NCBI GenBank assembly: GCA_022795155.1
Contig: JAAWGF010000004.1
Location: 1,322 to 65,321, forward strand
DNA: 64,000 bases
From: Bacilli bacterium
Lineage (GTDB): Bacteria > Bacillota_I > Bacilli_A > RF39 > UBA660
Direction of reading: 5' to 3'
Of the stretch, positions 8,199 through 18,337 are shown piece by piece. The notes beneath the pieces were generated by a model that saw only the letters and a program-made list of their open reading frames with translations, was not told the DNA's origin and did no database searches. The stretch's first letter is position 1. Each line of letters begins with the position of its first letter. The position numbers and the translations under genes were made by a program.

Positions 8199-10829
8199 AT
8201 GGAAAGAAATGTAGAAGGATTAACAGAAGAACAAGTATTAGAAAATAGAAAACAATATGGTAGTAATAGAATAACAACATTAAAAAAAGAAACATTTTTT
8301 AACTTATTTATGGAATCTTTTAGTGATCCAATGATTAGGATTCTTTTAATTGCTCTAGGAATAAAAACAATTTTTTTAATTAAAGATTTTGATTGGTATG
8401 AAACAGTAGGAATAGTTATTGCTATATTTATTGCGTCTTTTATTTCTTCTATATCAGAATATGGTAGCCAAAAAGCTTTTGAAAGATTACAAGATGAAGC
8501 TTCAAAAATAAAATGTAAAGTAAAAAGAAATGGTAAAGTAAAAGAATTAGATGTTGATGATGTAGTTAAGGGGGATATTATTATTCTACAATCAGGAGAC
8601 CGAATACCATCAGATGGAATTATTGTTCAGGGTAATATTAGCGTTGATGAATCATCACTTAATGGAGAAGCAAAGGAACAATATAAGTATCCTATAAATA
8701 ATATTAATATAAAACCAGAAAAATCAAACGAGGTTTATCGTGGAACTGTTGTCTATAATGGCGAGGCTATTATGTTAACAACTAGTGTCGGTGATAAAAC
8801 GTTCTATGGCTCAATTGCTAAAGAATTGCAAGAAAAACAACCGGAAAGCCCTATGAAGATACGCCTTAGACATTTAGCCAAAATTATTAGTAAAATAGGT
8901 TATATATGTGCATTTTTGGTAGCCTTTTCATATCTTTTTTCAGTTATTGTAATCCATAATAATTTTAATTTAGGTGCTATTAAACATACTATTACTAATT
9001 TCCCATTAATGTCGGGATATATTTTATATGCGTTAACTTTAATGGTAACAGTTATTGTTGTTGCCGTTCCTGAGGGTTTACCTATGATGATTACCTTAGT
9101 TTTATCATCAAATATGAAAAGAATGCTAAAAGATAATGTTTTGGTTAGAAAATTAGTTGGAATAGAAACAGCAGGAAGTCTAAATATTTTATTTTCTGAC
9201 AAAACGGGAACTTTAACTAAGGGAAGGCTAGAAGTAGTTGGAATCTTAAATGGAGTTGGAAAGATATATTATAGTAAAATAGAATTGGAAAAAAATCCTA
9301 AATATTACGATTTAGTTAGAGTTTCTCTCCTATATAATAATGCTAGTTATTATGATGAAACGACTAAAAAAATTGTTGGTGGAAATATTACTGATCGTGC
9401 ATTATTAGAATTTATTAACGATAATAGTGGCAAAAATTTAAAAATATTATCTAATGTTCCTTTTGATAGTAAAAATAAATATTCTATTACTGTAATCGAT
9501 AAAAATGGTAAATTGAATTTAATTAAGGGAGCTCCAGAAAAAATTTTACCATATTGCCGGTATTATTATACAGAGAATGGCGAGCGTAAAATGCTTTTTG
9601 ATAAAAACAGGCTGACATCTAGTATACAAAATATAACTAAAAGAGGTATTAGAGTTTTAACTATTGCTACTTCTAATTCTCATGAACCATCCAAATTTTT
9701 TGATTTAACATTAGTAGGGTTTATCTATATTAAAGATGAGGTACGAAAAGAAGCAATTGAGGGTGTAAAACTTGTCAAAGATGCACATATACAGACCGTT
9801 ATGATAACAGGTGATAATAAAGATACGGCTTATGCGATTGGAGAAGAAGTCGGGCTAATTGATCAAAACTCGATTATTTTGACATCAAGTGAATTAAATC
9901 AAAAAGATGATGCGGAATTAAAGAATATTTTGCCAAACCTTAGAATTGTTGCAAGAGCCTTACCACAGGATAAAAGTAGACTGGTTAGAATTTCACAAGA
10001 ATTAGGGTTGGTTGTTGGAATGACGGGTGATGGTGTTAACGATGCTCCCGCCTTAAAAAAAGCCGATGTAGGGTTTGCCATGGGGAGCGGAACAGAAGTT
10101 GCTAAGGAAGCTAGTGATATAGTAATTTTAGATGATAATTTTAAATCTATTACAAAGGCTATTTTATTTGGAAGAACAATATTCAAAAGTATTAGAAAAT
10201 TTATTATATTTCAACTTACCGTTAATTTGTGCGCTGTATCATTATCAATAATTGGACCATTTATTGGCGTTGATACACCAGTTACTGTTATTCAAATGCT
10301 ATGGATTAATATGGTTATGGATACTTTGGCGGGTTTAGCATTCTCATTTGAACCACCACTATTAGAATATATGGCAGAATTACCAAAGAGAAAAGATGAG
10401 CCGATTATTAATAAATACATGGCTGGGGAAATATTGTTTACAGGACTATATTCATCACTTTTATGTGTTATATTTTTAAAATTACCTTTTATAAAAAACT
10501 TTTTTAGAATGGATAATAATAATTTATATTTAATGACTGCATTTTTTGGATTGTTTATTTTTATGACAATATTTAACAGTTTTAATGCACGAACAAATCG
10601 TCTAAATTTACTAGCTAATATTTTGAGGAATAAAATCTTTCTTTTAATTATTTTATTTATTCTAGTTGTGCAAATTGTTTTAATTTATTACGGAGGAAAT
10701 TTATTTAGAACAGCTGGTTTAACCTATACAGAATTTTTGCTGATGCTTTTATTATCTGCTACCGTGATTCCCGTTGATTGGTTACGTAAATGTTACCTTA
10801 GAAAGATGGGGCAAGTTGGAGGAGTTTAA
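8199..10829 (+). CDS. P-type cation (Ca2+-type, P2) transporting ATPase
   Basis: DKTGTLT phosphorylation site, PEGLP in TM4, TGDN, GDGVNDAPALKKADVG, and about 10 TM segments. GGGAGG RBS precedes ATG 8199. Confidence 0.9.
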   Translation: MERNVEGLTEEQVLENRKQYGSNRITTLKKETFFNLFMESFSDPMIRILLIALGIKTIFLIKDFDWYETVGIVIAIFIASFISSISEYGSQKAFERLQDEASKIKCKVKRNGKVKELDVDDVVKGDIIILQSGDRIPSDGIIVQGNISVDESSLNGEAKEQYKYPINNINIKPEKSNEVYRGTVVYNGEAIMLTTSVGDKTFYGSIAKELQEKQPESPMKIRLRHLAKIISKIGYICAFLVAFSYLFSVIVIHNNFNLGAIKHTITNFPLMSGYILYALTLMVTVIVVAVPEGLPMMITLVLSSNMKRMLKDNVLVRKLVGIETAGSLNILFSDKTGTLTKGRLEVVGILNGVGKIYYSKIELEKNPKYYDLVRVSLLYNNASYYDETTKKIVGGNITDRALLEFINDNSGKNLKILSNVPFDSKNKYSITVIDKNGKLNLIKGAPEKILPYCRYYYTENGERKMLFDKNRLTSSIQNITKRGIRVLTIATSNSHEPSKFFDLTLVGFIYIKDEVRKEAIEGVKLVKDAHIQTVMITGDNKDTAYAIGEEVGLIDQNSIILTSSELNQKDDAELKNILPNLRIVARALPQDKSRLVRISQELGLVVGMTGDGVNDAPALKKADVGFAMGSGTEVAKEASDIVILDDNFKSITKAILFGRTIFKSIRKFIIFQLTVNLCAVSLSIIGPFIGVDTPVTVIQMLWINMVMDTLAGLAFSFEPPLLEYMAELPKRKDEPIINKYMAGEILFTGLYSSLLCVIFLKLPFIKNFFRMDNNNLYLMTAFFGLFIFMTIFNSFNARTNRLNLLANILRNKIFLLIILFILVVQIVLIYYGGNLFRTAGLTYTEFLLMLLLSATVIPVDWLRKCYLRKMGQVGGV

Positions 10830-10871
10830 AGAAAAATGCACGAAATGCATTTTTTCGTGCTTGAAATCTGA

Positions 10872-10900
10872 TTGCAAAAACTGTCAAAATATGGTAATAT
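10872..10900 (+). promoter_or_regulatory. candidate sigma-A promoter for the LytTR regulator/kinase operon
   Basis: TTGCAA 10872-10877, 17-nt spacer, TAATAT 10895-10900. It follows a GCACGAAA/TTTCGTGC hairpin after the ATPase gene. Confidence 0.4.
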
Positions 10901-10959
10901 TTACTAGTATAGGCCAAGGTTTGCTGGATGCAATTTTTTTATTTAATAGGAGTGATTAT

Positions 10960-11661
10960 ATGATTAATTTTATTGTTTGTGATGATAACAAAAAGTTACT
11001 AGATGATGTTGTAGAGCTTATTAATAAGCAGATGATGAAGAATCGACATGAGTATAAAGTTCATGCTTTTACAGATTATAATGATAAATTTATGGATGTA
11101 ATGAATGAAAAACTATCATGTAAAATATATATTTTAGATGTTGAGGTACCTAGTCAATCTGGGATTGATATTGCTAGACAGATAAGAGATAAAGATGTTG
11201 ATAGTGCTATAATCTTTTTAACATTACATAATGAAGTAGGACCAGTTTTATTAAAAGAAGAAATAATGTTTTTAACTTTTATTTGTAAATTTGATAATGC
11301 TAATCGGAGATTACAATCAGCTATCAGTAAAGCTTTAGAACTTGTTGGTAAAAAATTATCGGTTAGATTTGAAGACCAAGGAGCAATTTATACGTTGCCA
11401 GTTAAAGACATTATTTATATTTTAACTGATACAATGGAAAGAAAAATTGTTATTAAAACTGATTATGCACAATTTAGAGTATCCAAGACCCTTGTGGAAA
11501 TGGAAAATTTATTACCACATCAATTCAAACATTCTCACAGAGCCTGTATTGTAAATGTTGATCGCATTAGAATGATTGATAAAAGAAATAATACCATTAT
11601 TTTTGATAATGACGATATGGTCGATTTATTATCAAAAAGTTGTAGAAAGGAATTGGTGTAA
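10960..11661 (+). CDS. agrA: LytTR-family response regulator (AgrA-like)
   Basis: Receiver domain (MINFIVCDDN..., ILDVEVPSQSG) plus a C-terminal LytTR domain (...HRACIVNVDRIRMID...). AGGAGTG RBS precedes ATG 10960. The track start at 10774 overlaps the ATPase gene and is rejected. Confidence 0.85.
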   Translation: MINFIVCDDNKKLLDDVVELINKQMMKNRHEYKVHAFTDYNDKFMDVMNEKLSCKIYILDVEVPSQSGIDIARQIRDKDVDSAIIFLTLHNEVGPVLLKEEIMFLTFICKFDNANRRLQSAISKALELVGKKLSVRFEDQGAIYTLPVKDIIYILTDTMERKIVIKTDYAQFRVSKTLVEMENLLPHQFKHSHRACIVNVDRIRMIDKRNNTIIFDNDDMVDLLSKSCRKELV

Positions 11662-12957
11662 ATGAAATTGTTGTTTGACTTTTTGGGTGCGCTAATTTTA
11701 TCTATATCAGCTATTTATACTATTGGTAAAATAATGTCTTTCTCTATTACCAAAGTAGGAACTGTTAGATACATAATAGCGATATTAACTCTATCAGTTT
11801 ATTTAATTATAAGTTATCATAGTACTATGATTTTTTTAAGATACCTATTGTTTATCTTTGTAATACCTCTAATTCCTATATTCATTATGAAAAAGTTCTT
11901 TAAAGAATCATTTATTGCTAGTTTTTTTGCTTTTATTTTAATAGCTATATCTGAATTATTATTTGCAATCTTTGTATCATTTATATTAAAAACAGATATT
12001 GAAAATTTTTATGGTGTTTTAATTGGGAATGTTGGAGTAGCTGTAATATTATTTACTTTAATAAATATTCCTAAATTATTAGAATTATTACATAATTGGC
12101 TTGAAAAAATATCAGCCTCTAAAAGGTACTATTTAATCGCATTAATTGTTACATTATGCTTTTCAATTAGTATAGTTGTATATATAAATTACTTTGATAC
12201 AACTACAAGAATAAGATTTGTTTTAAGTTTTATTGTAATCATTACTTATACAGTTATAACATTAGTCTTATTTAACGAAAAGAATAATAGTAGTAAGATT
12301 CAATATGAATATGAGAATGTTTTAAATAACCTAAATGAATATGAAAAAATGCTTGATTTTCAAAAAGTTGCTAATCATGAAAATAAAAATCAATTATTAG
12401 TCATAAAAGGAATGATTGATAAAAAGGATTCTAAAATTAATGAGTATATTGATAGTATTGTATTAGAAAAAAGTGAGGATAATGAAGATTTTTTATATCG
12501 CACTAACATTATTCCATCTGGTGGCTTACGAGGATTAGTTTATTACAAATTATTATCAATGAAAGAAAAAGGTATTAATATTAATTTGAATATTTCTAGC
12601 AAAGTGCGAAAAATAGAGCTGGAAAAAATGGGAGTAGGCTTAAATAAAGATTTATGTAAAATTATGGGTGTTATATTAGATAACGCTAGACAAGCTGTCG
12701 AAGATTTAGAACAAAAAAATATCGATATAGAAATGAATCATATCGACAATCAGTTTGTTATAGTTGTAGCAAATAATTTTGAAGGTAATTTAGATTTAAG
12801 CGAAATGGATAACATAGGTTATACAACCAAAGGTAGTGGTCATGGCTATGGACTAGCTTTAATGAAGCAATTAATTGATAAAAATGAGCGATTATATAAT
12901 CAAAAAAATATATATGGTCAAAAATTTGTTCAAAAAGTGGTATTAAGTATAAAATAA
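11662..12957 (+). CDS. agrC: AgrC-like (HPK10) membrane sensor histidine kinase
   Basis: About 6-7 N-terminal TM helices, H-box region VANHENKNQLL, and GHKL ATPase motifs NARQA and GYTTKGSGHGYGLALM. It abuts the regulator gene (stop/start 11661/11662). Confidence 0.85.
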   Translation: MKLLFDFLGALILSISAIYTIGKIMSFSITKVGTVRYIIAILTLSVYLIISYHSTMIFLRYLLFIFVIPLIPIFIMKKFFKESFIASFFAFILIAISELLFAIFVSFILKTDIENFYGVLIGNVGVAVILFTLINIPKLLELLHNWLEKISASKRYYLIALIVTLCFSISIVVYINYFDTTTRIRFVLSFIVIITYTVITLVLFNEKNNSSKIQYEYENVLNNLNEYEKMLDFQKVANHENKNQLLVIKGMIDKKDSKINEYIDSIVLEKSEDNEDFLYRTNIIPSGGLRGLVYYKLLSMKEKGININLNISSKVRKIELEKMGVGLNKDLCKIMGVILDNARQAVEDLEQKNIDIEMNHIDNQFVIVVANNFEGNLDLSEMDNIGYTTKGSGHGYGLALMKQLIDKNERLYNQKNIYGQKFVQKVVLSIK

Positions 12958-12981
12958 AAAACTGCAATTTTGCAGTTTTTA
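12952..12981. terminator. bidirectional terminator between convergent agrC and agrD
   Basis: ACTGCA-atttt-TGCAGT hairpin (12961-12976) flanked by an A-run and a T-run, so it is usable on both strands. Confidence 0.6.
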
Positions 12982-13101
12982 TTATTTTATAAGTGATTTT
13001 GGACATTCTGGTTCATCAATTACAAAAACGAAACAAGCACTACTTCCTAAAGAGGCAACAAATCCAGCTATAGAAGCAATTATTGAAGTTATAAATGACA
13101 T
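12982..13101 (-). CDS. agrD: AgrD-type autoinducing-peptide precursor (39 aa)
   Basis: Not in the ORF track. GGGAGGAGG RBS precedes ATG 13101. Translation is MSFITSIIASIAGFVASLGSSACFVFVIDEPECPKSLIK: an amphipathic leader, a single core Cys, and an acidic DEPExPKSL recognition tail. It lies immediately downstream of agrB. Confidence 0.8.
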   Translation of the reverse strand: MSFITSIIASIAGFVASLGSSACFVFVIDEPECPKSLIK

Positions 13102-13151
13102 ATTAAATACCTCCTCCCTTTTATTCTATGTTTAAATAAATTTAAACCATA

Positions 13152-13745
13152 CTATTGATAATTCTTATAATTATTATACGGTAATTTAAAAAGATGGTAA
13201 ATTGTAGGGGATATCATGAAACACTGTAAAATAATTGCAACTAATAAAGAATTTGCCAAAAACTGATTTTTTATAAATAGAGAAGCAATAATCATACAAA
13301 GGGCTGTGATGCTTGATATGATTTTTAAAAATAATCTTCTTTTTTTACTTATAATCGGTCTTTTATATGTATCAGCTGGCGCATTTTTCATAATGAACGC
13401 CAAACCTATTAATCCCATTATTATTTTTAAATAAAACGAAATTTGAATAACCTTACATCCAAATGGTAAAATTATAAAAACTAATAATGATGATACTAAG
13501 CAAATCCAACTTTTGGTTGCATGCAAGCCAAATGATGGCATTCTTATAAAATTATAGCATATAAGAAAAATTAATGTTTCCTTTATTAACCCTAATAAAT
13601 ATGAAACTGTCAAAATAACAATCATTTTTGTTATGAGAATATAAATTGATTCTAAACCATATTTTATAATCTCTAATTTTTCTTTATCAAAATGATTATA
13701 CTTTTGAATAATTCTCAGTTGTTTACCTATGATAAAATTCCTCAT
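13152..13745 (-). CDS. agrB: AgrB-type membrane peptidase (AIP maturation)
   Basis: Polytopic 197 aa protein. RMPSFGLHATKSWIC carries the catalytic His and Cys with the 7-residue spacing of S. aureus AgrB H77/C84. AAGGGG RBS. Confidence 0.85.
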   Translation of the reverse strand: MRNFIIGKQLRIIQKYNHFDKEKLEIIKYGLESIYILITKMIVILTVSYLLGLIKETLIFLICYNFIRMPSFGLHATKSWICLVSSLLVFIILPFGCKVIQISFYLKIIMGLIGLAFIMKNAPADTYKRPIISKKRRLFLKIISSITALCMIIASLFIKNQFLANSLLVAIILQCFMISPTIYHLFKLPYNNYKNYQ

Positions 13746-14071
13746 ACACTACCCCTTACCCTAATAACAATATCATCATAGGCTCTTATTTGATGTCAGA
13801 CAATTTGCGACACGGCAATAATTCTGCTCAAAATTAATAAATGATAATAAATTATTAATAATATAAATATTCGGACGTAAAAATGGACAATACAAACACG
13901 ATTCTCAAAATAACTTATGAAAGTTTGATAAAATCTAAAGTAAAAATTAGTATGATTCCTTTTAAAACAATGCAGATAATGTCGGTTTTTGAAGGCTTGA
14001 TTTTATTGAAAACCTATAGTCTAAACGGTATATTTATATTGTAAGCGAATTTTACAAGAAGGAGGATTTTT

Positions 14072-14284
14072 ATGAAAGGTAAAGTAAAATGGTTTAACAA
14101 CGATAAAGGATATGGATTTATCGAATATAAGGATGGGGAAGATATCTTTGTTCATTATAGTACAATTTTATCAGATGGATATAAAACATTAGTTGAAGGT
14201 CAATATGTTGAATTCGAATTGGTTAGAACCGACAAAGGTCTACAAGCAAAAAATGTTGTCGAAATTAAAACTGCTCTTGTATAG
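14072..14284 (+). CDS. cold-shock protein (CspA family)
   Basis: [19 protein letters not shown]...IFVHYS carries the RNP1/RNP2 motifs. 70 aa, strong AGGAGG RBS, and a 5' intergenic region of over 300 nt. Confidence 0.95.
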   Translation: MKGKVKWFNNDKGYGFIEYKDGEDIFVHYSTILSDGYKTLVEGQYVEFELVRTDKGLQAKNVVEIKTALV

Positions 14285-14342
14285 TGGTTTTTTTTGTAAT
14301 TTAATAAAAAAGGTGATATAATTAATATAGGAGGATGATATT

Positions 14343-14876
14343 ATGAAATTTAATATTAGAGGACAAAAAATAGAAGTTACGCCAGCTATAAAGGAATATG
14401 CTGAAAAAAAGATAGGAAAATTAAATAAATACTTTTCTAACGCTGATGAATTAGTCGCTAGTATATTACTAAAAATTAGAGGGAAAGAACAGATAGTAGA
14501 AGTAACCATTCCAATAAAGAAAATTGTTTTAAGGGCTGAAGAGACCAATAAAGATTTGTATGCAGCTATTGATTTAGTATCAGAAAAATTGGAACGCCAA
14601 ATTAGAAAAAACAAGACGAGAATAACTCAAAGAAAAAATAAAACAAATGATATAGAAATAAATGTTGACTTTGATAATTCCGAAATAGAAGAGGCAAAGG
14701 ACAAAGTTGTTAAAAGAAAACAAATGGATACTAAGCCAATGAGTGAAGAGGAAGCAATTTTACAAATGAATATGCTTGGACATGAATTTTTCATTTATAA
14801 AGATGCTGAAAGTGGTAATACCTGCATATTATATAAAAGAAAAGACGGAGATTTAGGAATAATTGAAACAAAATAG
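14343..14876 (+). CDS. hpf: ribosome hibernation promoting factor, long form
   Basis: MKFNIRGQKIEVTPAIKEYAEKKIGKLNKYF... plus the C-terminal dimerisation domain (KPMSEEEAILQMNMLGHEFFIY). It sits upstream of secA, as in Bacillus. Confidence 0.9.
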   Translation: MKFNIRGQKIEVTPAIKEYAEKKIGKLNKYFSNADELVASILLKIRGKEQIVEVTIPIKKIVLRAEETNKDLYAAIDLVSEKLERQIRKNKTRITQRKNKTNDIEINVDFDNSEIEEAKDKVVKRKQMDTKPMSEEEAILQMNMLGHEFFIYKDAESGNTCILYKRKDGDLGIIETK

Positions 14877-14897
14877 GATGTTTATCATCCTTTTTTT
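14875..14897 (+). terminator. rho-independent terminator after hpf
   Basis: AGGATG-tttat-CATCCT followed by TTTTTT. Confidence 0.6.
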
Positions 14898-14967
14898 CTT
14901 CTTATTATAATAAAAAACTATTATTTTCTCTTCTTTTTTGATAAAATATAGATTAGGAGTTGATTAT

Positions 14968-17463
14968 ATGAAATTTTTTAAAAAAATATTTGATCATGAG
15001 TATAAAGAACTTGAAAGATTTAAAAGTATTGCTGATAAAATAGAAGCATTAGATTCAAAAATGTCAAAAATGCAAGATGCTGATTTAAAAAAGCAAACAG
15101 AACTTTTTAAAGAGAGATTATCTAAAGGCGAAACATTAGATGATATTTTAGTGGAAGCTTTTGCAACGGCCAGAGAAGTTGCTTATAGGGTATTAGGAGA
15201 GAAGCCCTTTTATTCTCAACTTTTAGGCGCAATAGCAATTCATGAAGGAAATATTGCTGAGTTAAAAACAGGAGAAGGTAAGACCTTAACAACTACATTA
15301 CCAGCTTATTTAAATGCTTTAGAAGGAAAGGGTGTACATGTTATTACTGTTAATGAATACTTAACGGAAAGAAATGCTGATTGGATGCGCGGAATTTATG
15401 AATTTTTAGGCATTACAGTTGGTATAAATAAACATGATTTATCACCAAAAGAAAAAAAAGAAGCGTTTGATTGTGACATAACATATACAACTAACAATGA
15501 AATTGGTTTCGATTACTTAAGGGATAATATGGTGGTAAAAGCTGAAAATCGTGTTTGTAGGGGATTAAATTACGCAATAATTGATGAGGTAGACTCGATT
15601 TTAATTGATGAAGCAAGGACACCACTAATTATTTCTGGTGGGGTTATGCAATCGGCTAATTTATATGTTCAAGCTGATAATTTTGTTAAACACTTAAAAG
15701 AAAATTTTGGTTATGTATATGATGAAAAGACGAAAGCTGTTGTCCTAGATGAAAAGGGAATTGCCGAAGCCGAAAAGAGCTTTAATATTTCTAACCTTTA
15801 CGATATTCAAAATACTAATTTAGTTCATTATATAAATCAGGCGTTGCGAGCTAATTATAGTATGAAAAGGGATATTGACTATGTTGTCGCTGACGGAAAA
15901 GTTGTCATTGTAGACCCTTTTACTGGGCGTTTGATGCAAGGTAGGACATATTCTGATGGATTGCATCAAGCGATTGAAGCAAAGGAAGGTGTAAGCATTC
16001 AACAGGAAACTAAAACTTTAGCAACAATTACTTTTCAGAATTTATTTAGAATGTATAATAAATTATCAGGTATGACTGGAACAGCTAAAACAGAAGAAGA
16101 GGAATTTAGAGATATTTATAATATGTATGTCATTTGTATTCCAACAAACAAACCTGTTATTCGTGAAGACTGTAAAGATTTAATCTTTGCAACCAAAGAT
16201 GGTAAATATAAAGCGATTGCTAAAGAAATAAAAGAAAGATATGATAATGGACAACCAGTTTTGGTTGGTACAATCGCTGTTGAAACTAGTGAATTAATTA
16301 GTAAAATGCTTAGTAAAATGCATATTCCACATGAGGTTTTAAATGCTAAGAATCATGCTAGGGAAGCGGAAATTATTGCTAAAGCTGGAGAAAAAAAGGC
16401 CGTTACAATCGCAACGAATATGGCTGGCCGTGGAACTGATATTAAATTAGGCGATGGCGTAAAAGAACTTGGTGGTTTATGTGTAATTGGAACTGAAAGA
16501 CATGAATCACGAAGAATTGATAATCAGTTAAGAGGACGTTCGGGACGTCAAGGAGACCCAGGATTAACACAATTCTGCGTATCATTTGAAGATGAATTAA
16601 TGGTACGATTTGGAACTGATAGGGTGAAACCAATGCTTCAAAGACTAGGATTTGATGGCGAAGCATCCATTCATAATAAAATGTTATCTAGTTCTATTGA
16701 ATCAGCTCAAAAACGTGTTGAAGGTAATAACTTTGATGTTCGTAAACAATTATTACAATATGATGATGTTATTAATCAACAAAGGAAAATAATCTATGAA
16801 AAAAGAAATATTATTCTAGATAGTGAATCAATTCATGATGTGATTCTAGAAAGTTTTAAAAATCATGTTAGTGATTTAGTTTATGCCCATGTTAATAGCG
16901 ATAATGATAAAATGAGTGACAATGATTTGAGTGAAATGTTAGAATCGATAAATGAGCAATTTTTAAGTGTTGCTATATCCAAAGAAGGACTAGAAGATAA
17001 AAATATAGATGAAATCATTGATTATATTTATGGTCGTTTAGTTGATGAATATGAACAAAAGTTATCAACAGTTCCTGAAGAAATTACAAGAGAATTCGAA
17101 AAGGCAATTGCCCTTAGAGTTATTGATACTCACTGGATGGAACATATTAATACAATGTCACATTTAAGAGAAGGAATTCATTTAAGGGGTTATGCACAAG
17201 AAAATCCATTACGGGCTTATACAAAAGAAGGATATGATTTATTTGATCAATTACTTATGACAATTGACAGAGAAACAACAGTTTACTTAATGAAAGCTGA
17301 AATACGTCAGAATGTAGAAAGAAAACAAGTAATTAAGGGTGAAGCGGTTTCAAATAAAGAAAAAGAAACAAAATCATCACCAAAAAGAGTTCAAAAGGTT
17401 GGAAGAAATGAACTATGTCCTTGTGGTTCGGGTAAAAAGTACAAACAATGCTGTGGTAAATAA
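14968..17463 (+). CDS. secA: preprotein translocase ATPase SecA
   Basis: Walker A KTGEGKTLT, DEVDSILIDEARTPLIISG, GRQGDPG, and the C-terminal zinc motif CPCGSGKKYKQCCGK. GGAG RBS precedes ATG 14968. Confidence 0.97.
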   Translation: MKFFKKIFDHEYKELERFKSIADKIEALDSKMSKMQDADLKKQTELFKERLSKGETLDDILVEAFATAREVAYRVLGEKPFYSQLLGAIAIHEGNIAELKTGEGKTLTTTLPAYLNALEGKGVHVITVNEYLTERNADWMRGIYEFLGITVGINKHDLSPKEKKEAFDCDITYTTNNEIGFDYLRDNMVVKAENRVCRGLNYAIIDEVDSILIDEARTPLIISGGVMQSANLYVQADNFVKHLKENFGYVYDEKTKAVVLDEKGIAEAEKSFNISNLYDIQNTNLVHYINQALRANYSMKRDIDYVVADGKVVIVDPFTGRLMQGRTYSDGLHQAIEAKEGVSIQQETKTLATITFQNLFRMYNKLSGMTGTAKTEEEEFRDIYNMYVICIPTNKPVIREDCKDLIFATKDGKYKAIAKEIKERYDNGQPVLVGTIAVETSELISKMLSKMHIPHEVLNAKNHAREAEIIAKAGEKKAVTIATNMAGRGTDIKLGDGVKELGGLCVIGTERHESRRIDNQLRGRSGRQGDPGLTQFCVSFEDELMVRFGTDRVKPMLQRLGFDGEASIHNKMLSSSIESAQKRVEGNNFDVRKQLLQYDDVINQQRKIIYEKRNIILDSESIHDVILESFKNHVSDLVYAHVNSDNDKMSDNDLSEMLESINEQFLSVAISKEGLEDKNIDEIIDYIYGRLVDEYEQKLSTVPEEITREFEKAIALRVIDTHWMEHINTMSHLREGIHLRGYAQENPLRAYTKEGYDLFDQLLMTIDRETTVYLMKAEIRQNVERKQVIKGEAVSNKEKETKSSPKRVQKVGRNELCPCGSGKKYKQCCGK

Positions 17464-17563
17464 TTATAAAATATATATTTATTACACTTTTAGCATAGAC
17501 GAAAGAGTTAACAAATTCAAATTTGTATACAACAAATAATAAAAACTAGTTTAAGATAAAAAT

Positions 17564-17599
17564 AAAGGATGCAAACATAAAATATGTGAGCATCCTTTT
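17564..17599 (+). terminator. candidate terminator about 100 nt downstream of secA
   Basis: AAAGGATGC ... GCATCCTTT stem with a 17-nt loop, then TTT. Confidence 0.4.
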
Positions 17600-17884
17600 G
17601 AAATTCACTAGAGTGAGATAAGATTTATTAGAAAAGTCGATATAACAGAATAAATAATTGGTAAAGAAAGTATCGATGAAAATAAACTGATAATCAATTA
17701 AGTATTATTATTAAGTTTTGGTACTTTTATTAATGTATAATAGAATAGTTTAAAGAAGTAGATGATAAAAAACTTAACATAAAAAGATATATTATAAGTA
17801 TAGCGTGAGATTTTTAAATGTGATACAATAAATTAGAAAGGGTTAAGTTTTATTTTAAAAACCAAGAGAAAATGGGTAATATAT

Positions 17885-18301
17885 ATGGACAAAATCATTT
17901 TAGAAGAAAAAATTAATTATGATGAATTTTTAGATATAATAGAATCAGTTGGTTTTAAAACATATTCTAAAGAACAAGTGGAAAAAGCTTTAGAAAATAC
18001 CATGTATATGGTTAAAGCACTAGTAGATGATAAAGTTGTTGGTATAGGTAGAGTAGTTGGAGATTTCAGTATAGTTTGCTGTTTAACAGATATATGTGTT
18101 AGACCAGAATATCAAGGAAGAGGAATAGGGTTAAAAATAGTAGACAAGTTAAAATCCATGATTGAAAATGGTGTAAACAATGGCGAGAAAATGCAAGTTG
18201 AATTAGTTCCTACTGCAGGGAATGTTGAATTTTATAAAAAAGCGGGATTTAAATACAATCCAGATGTAATTACAGGTATGTATTTATGGATAAAAAAATA
18301 A
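17885..18301 (+). CDS. GNAT family N-acetyltransferase
   Basis: Motif A ICVRPEYQGRGIGLKIVDKL in a 138 aa protein. Confidence 0.8.
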   Translation: MDKIILEEKINYDEFLDIIESVGFKTYSKEQVEKALENTMYMVKALVDDKVVGIGRVVGDFSIVCCLTDICVRPEYQGRGIGLKIVDKLKSMIENGVNNGEKMQVELVPTAGNVEFYKKAGFKYNPDVITGMYLWIKK

Positions 18302-18337
18302 TAATTTTTAATTTACTTTATTTCTTTGAGGTGAAAT

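Noticed and set aside
10774-10959. Long N-terminal extension of the LytTR regulator ORF (track start 10774)
   Set aside because: It overlaps the 3' end of the P-type ATPase gene and spans a hairpin and a promoter-like element. ATG 10960 has an AGGAGTG RBS and gives a canonical receiver-domain N-terminus (MINFIVCDDN).
13746-13900. AgrA/LytTR operator (paired 9-bp direct repeats with 12-nt spacing) upstream of agrB
   Set aside because: A plausible promoter is visible on the - strand (TTGTCT-17-TATGAT) with an imperfect palindrome around CAGAATT...AATTGTCTG. I could not find a convincing pair of direct repeats matching the LytTR consensus, so no call was made.
17339-17539. 66-aa ORF overlapping the end of secA
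   Set aside because: It is an out-of-frame overlap with the secA C-terminus. Its sequence is lysine-rich and low-complexity, with no RBS.
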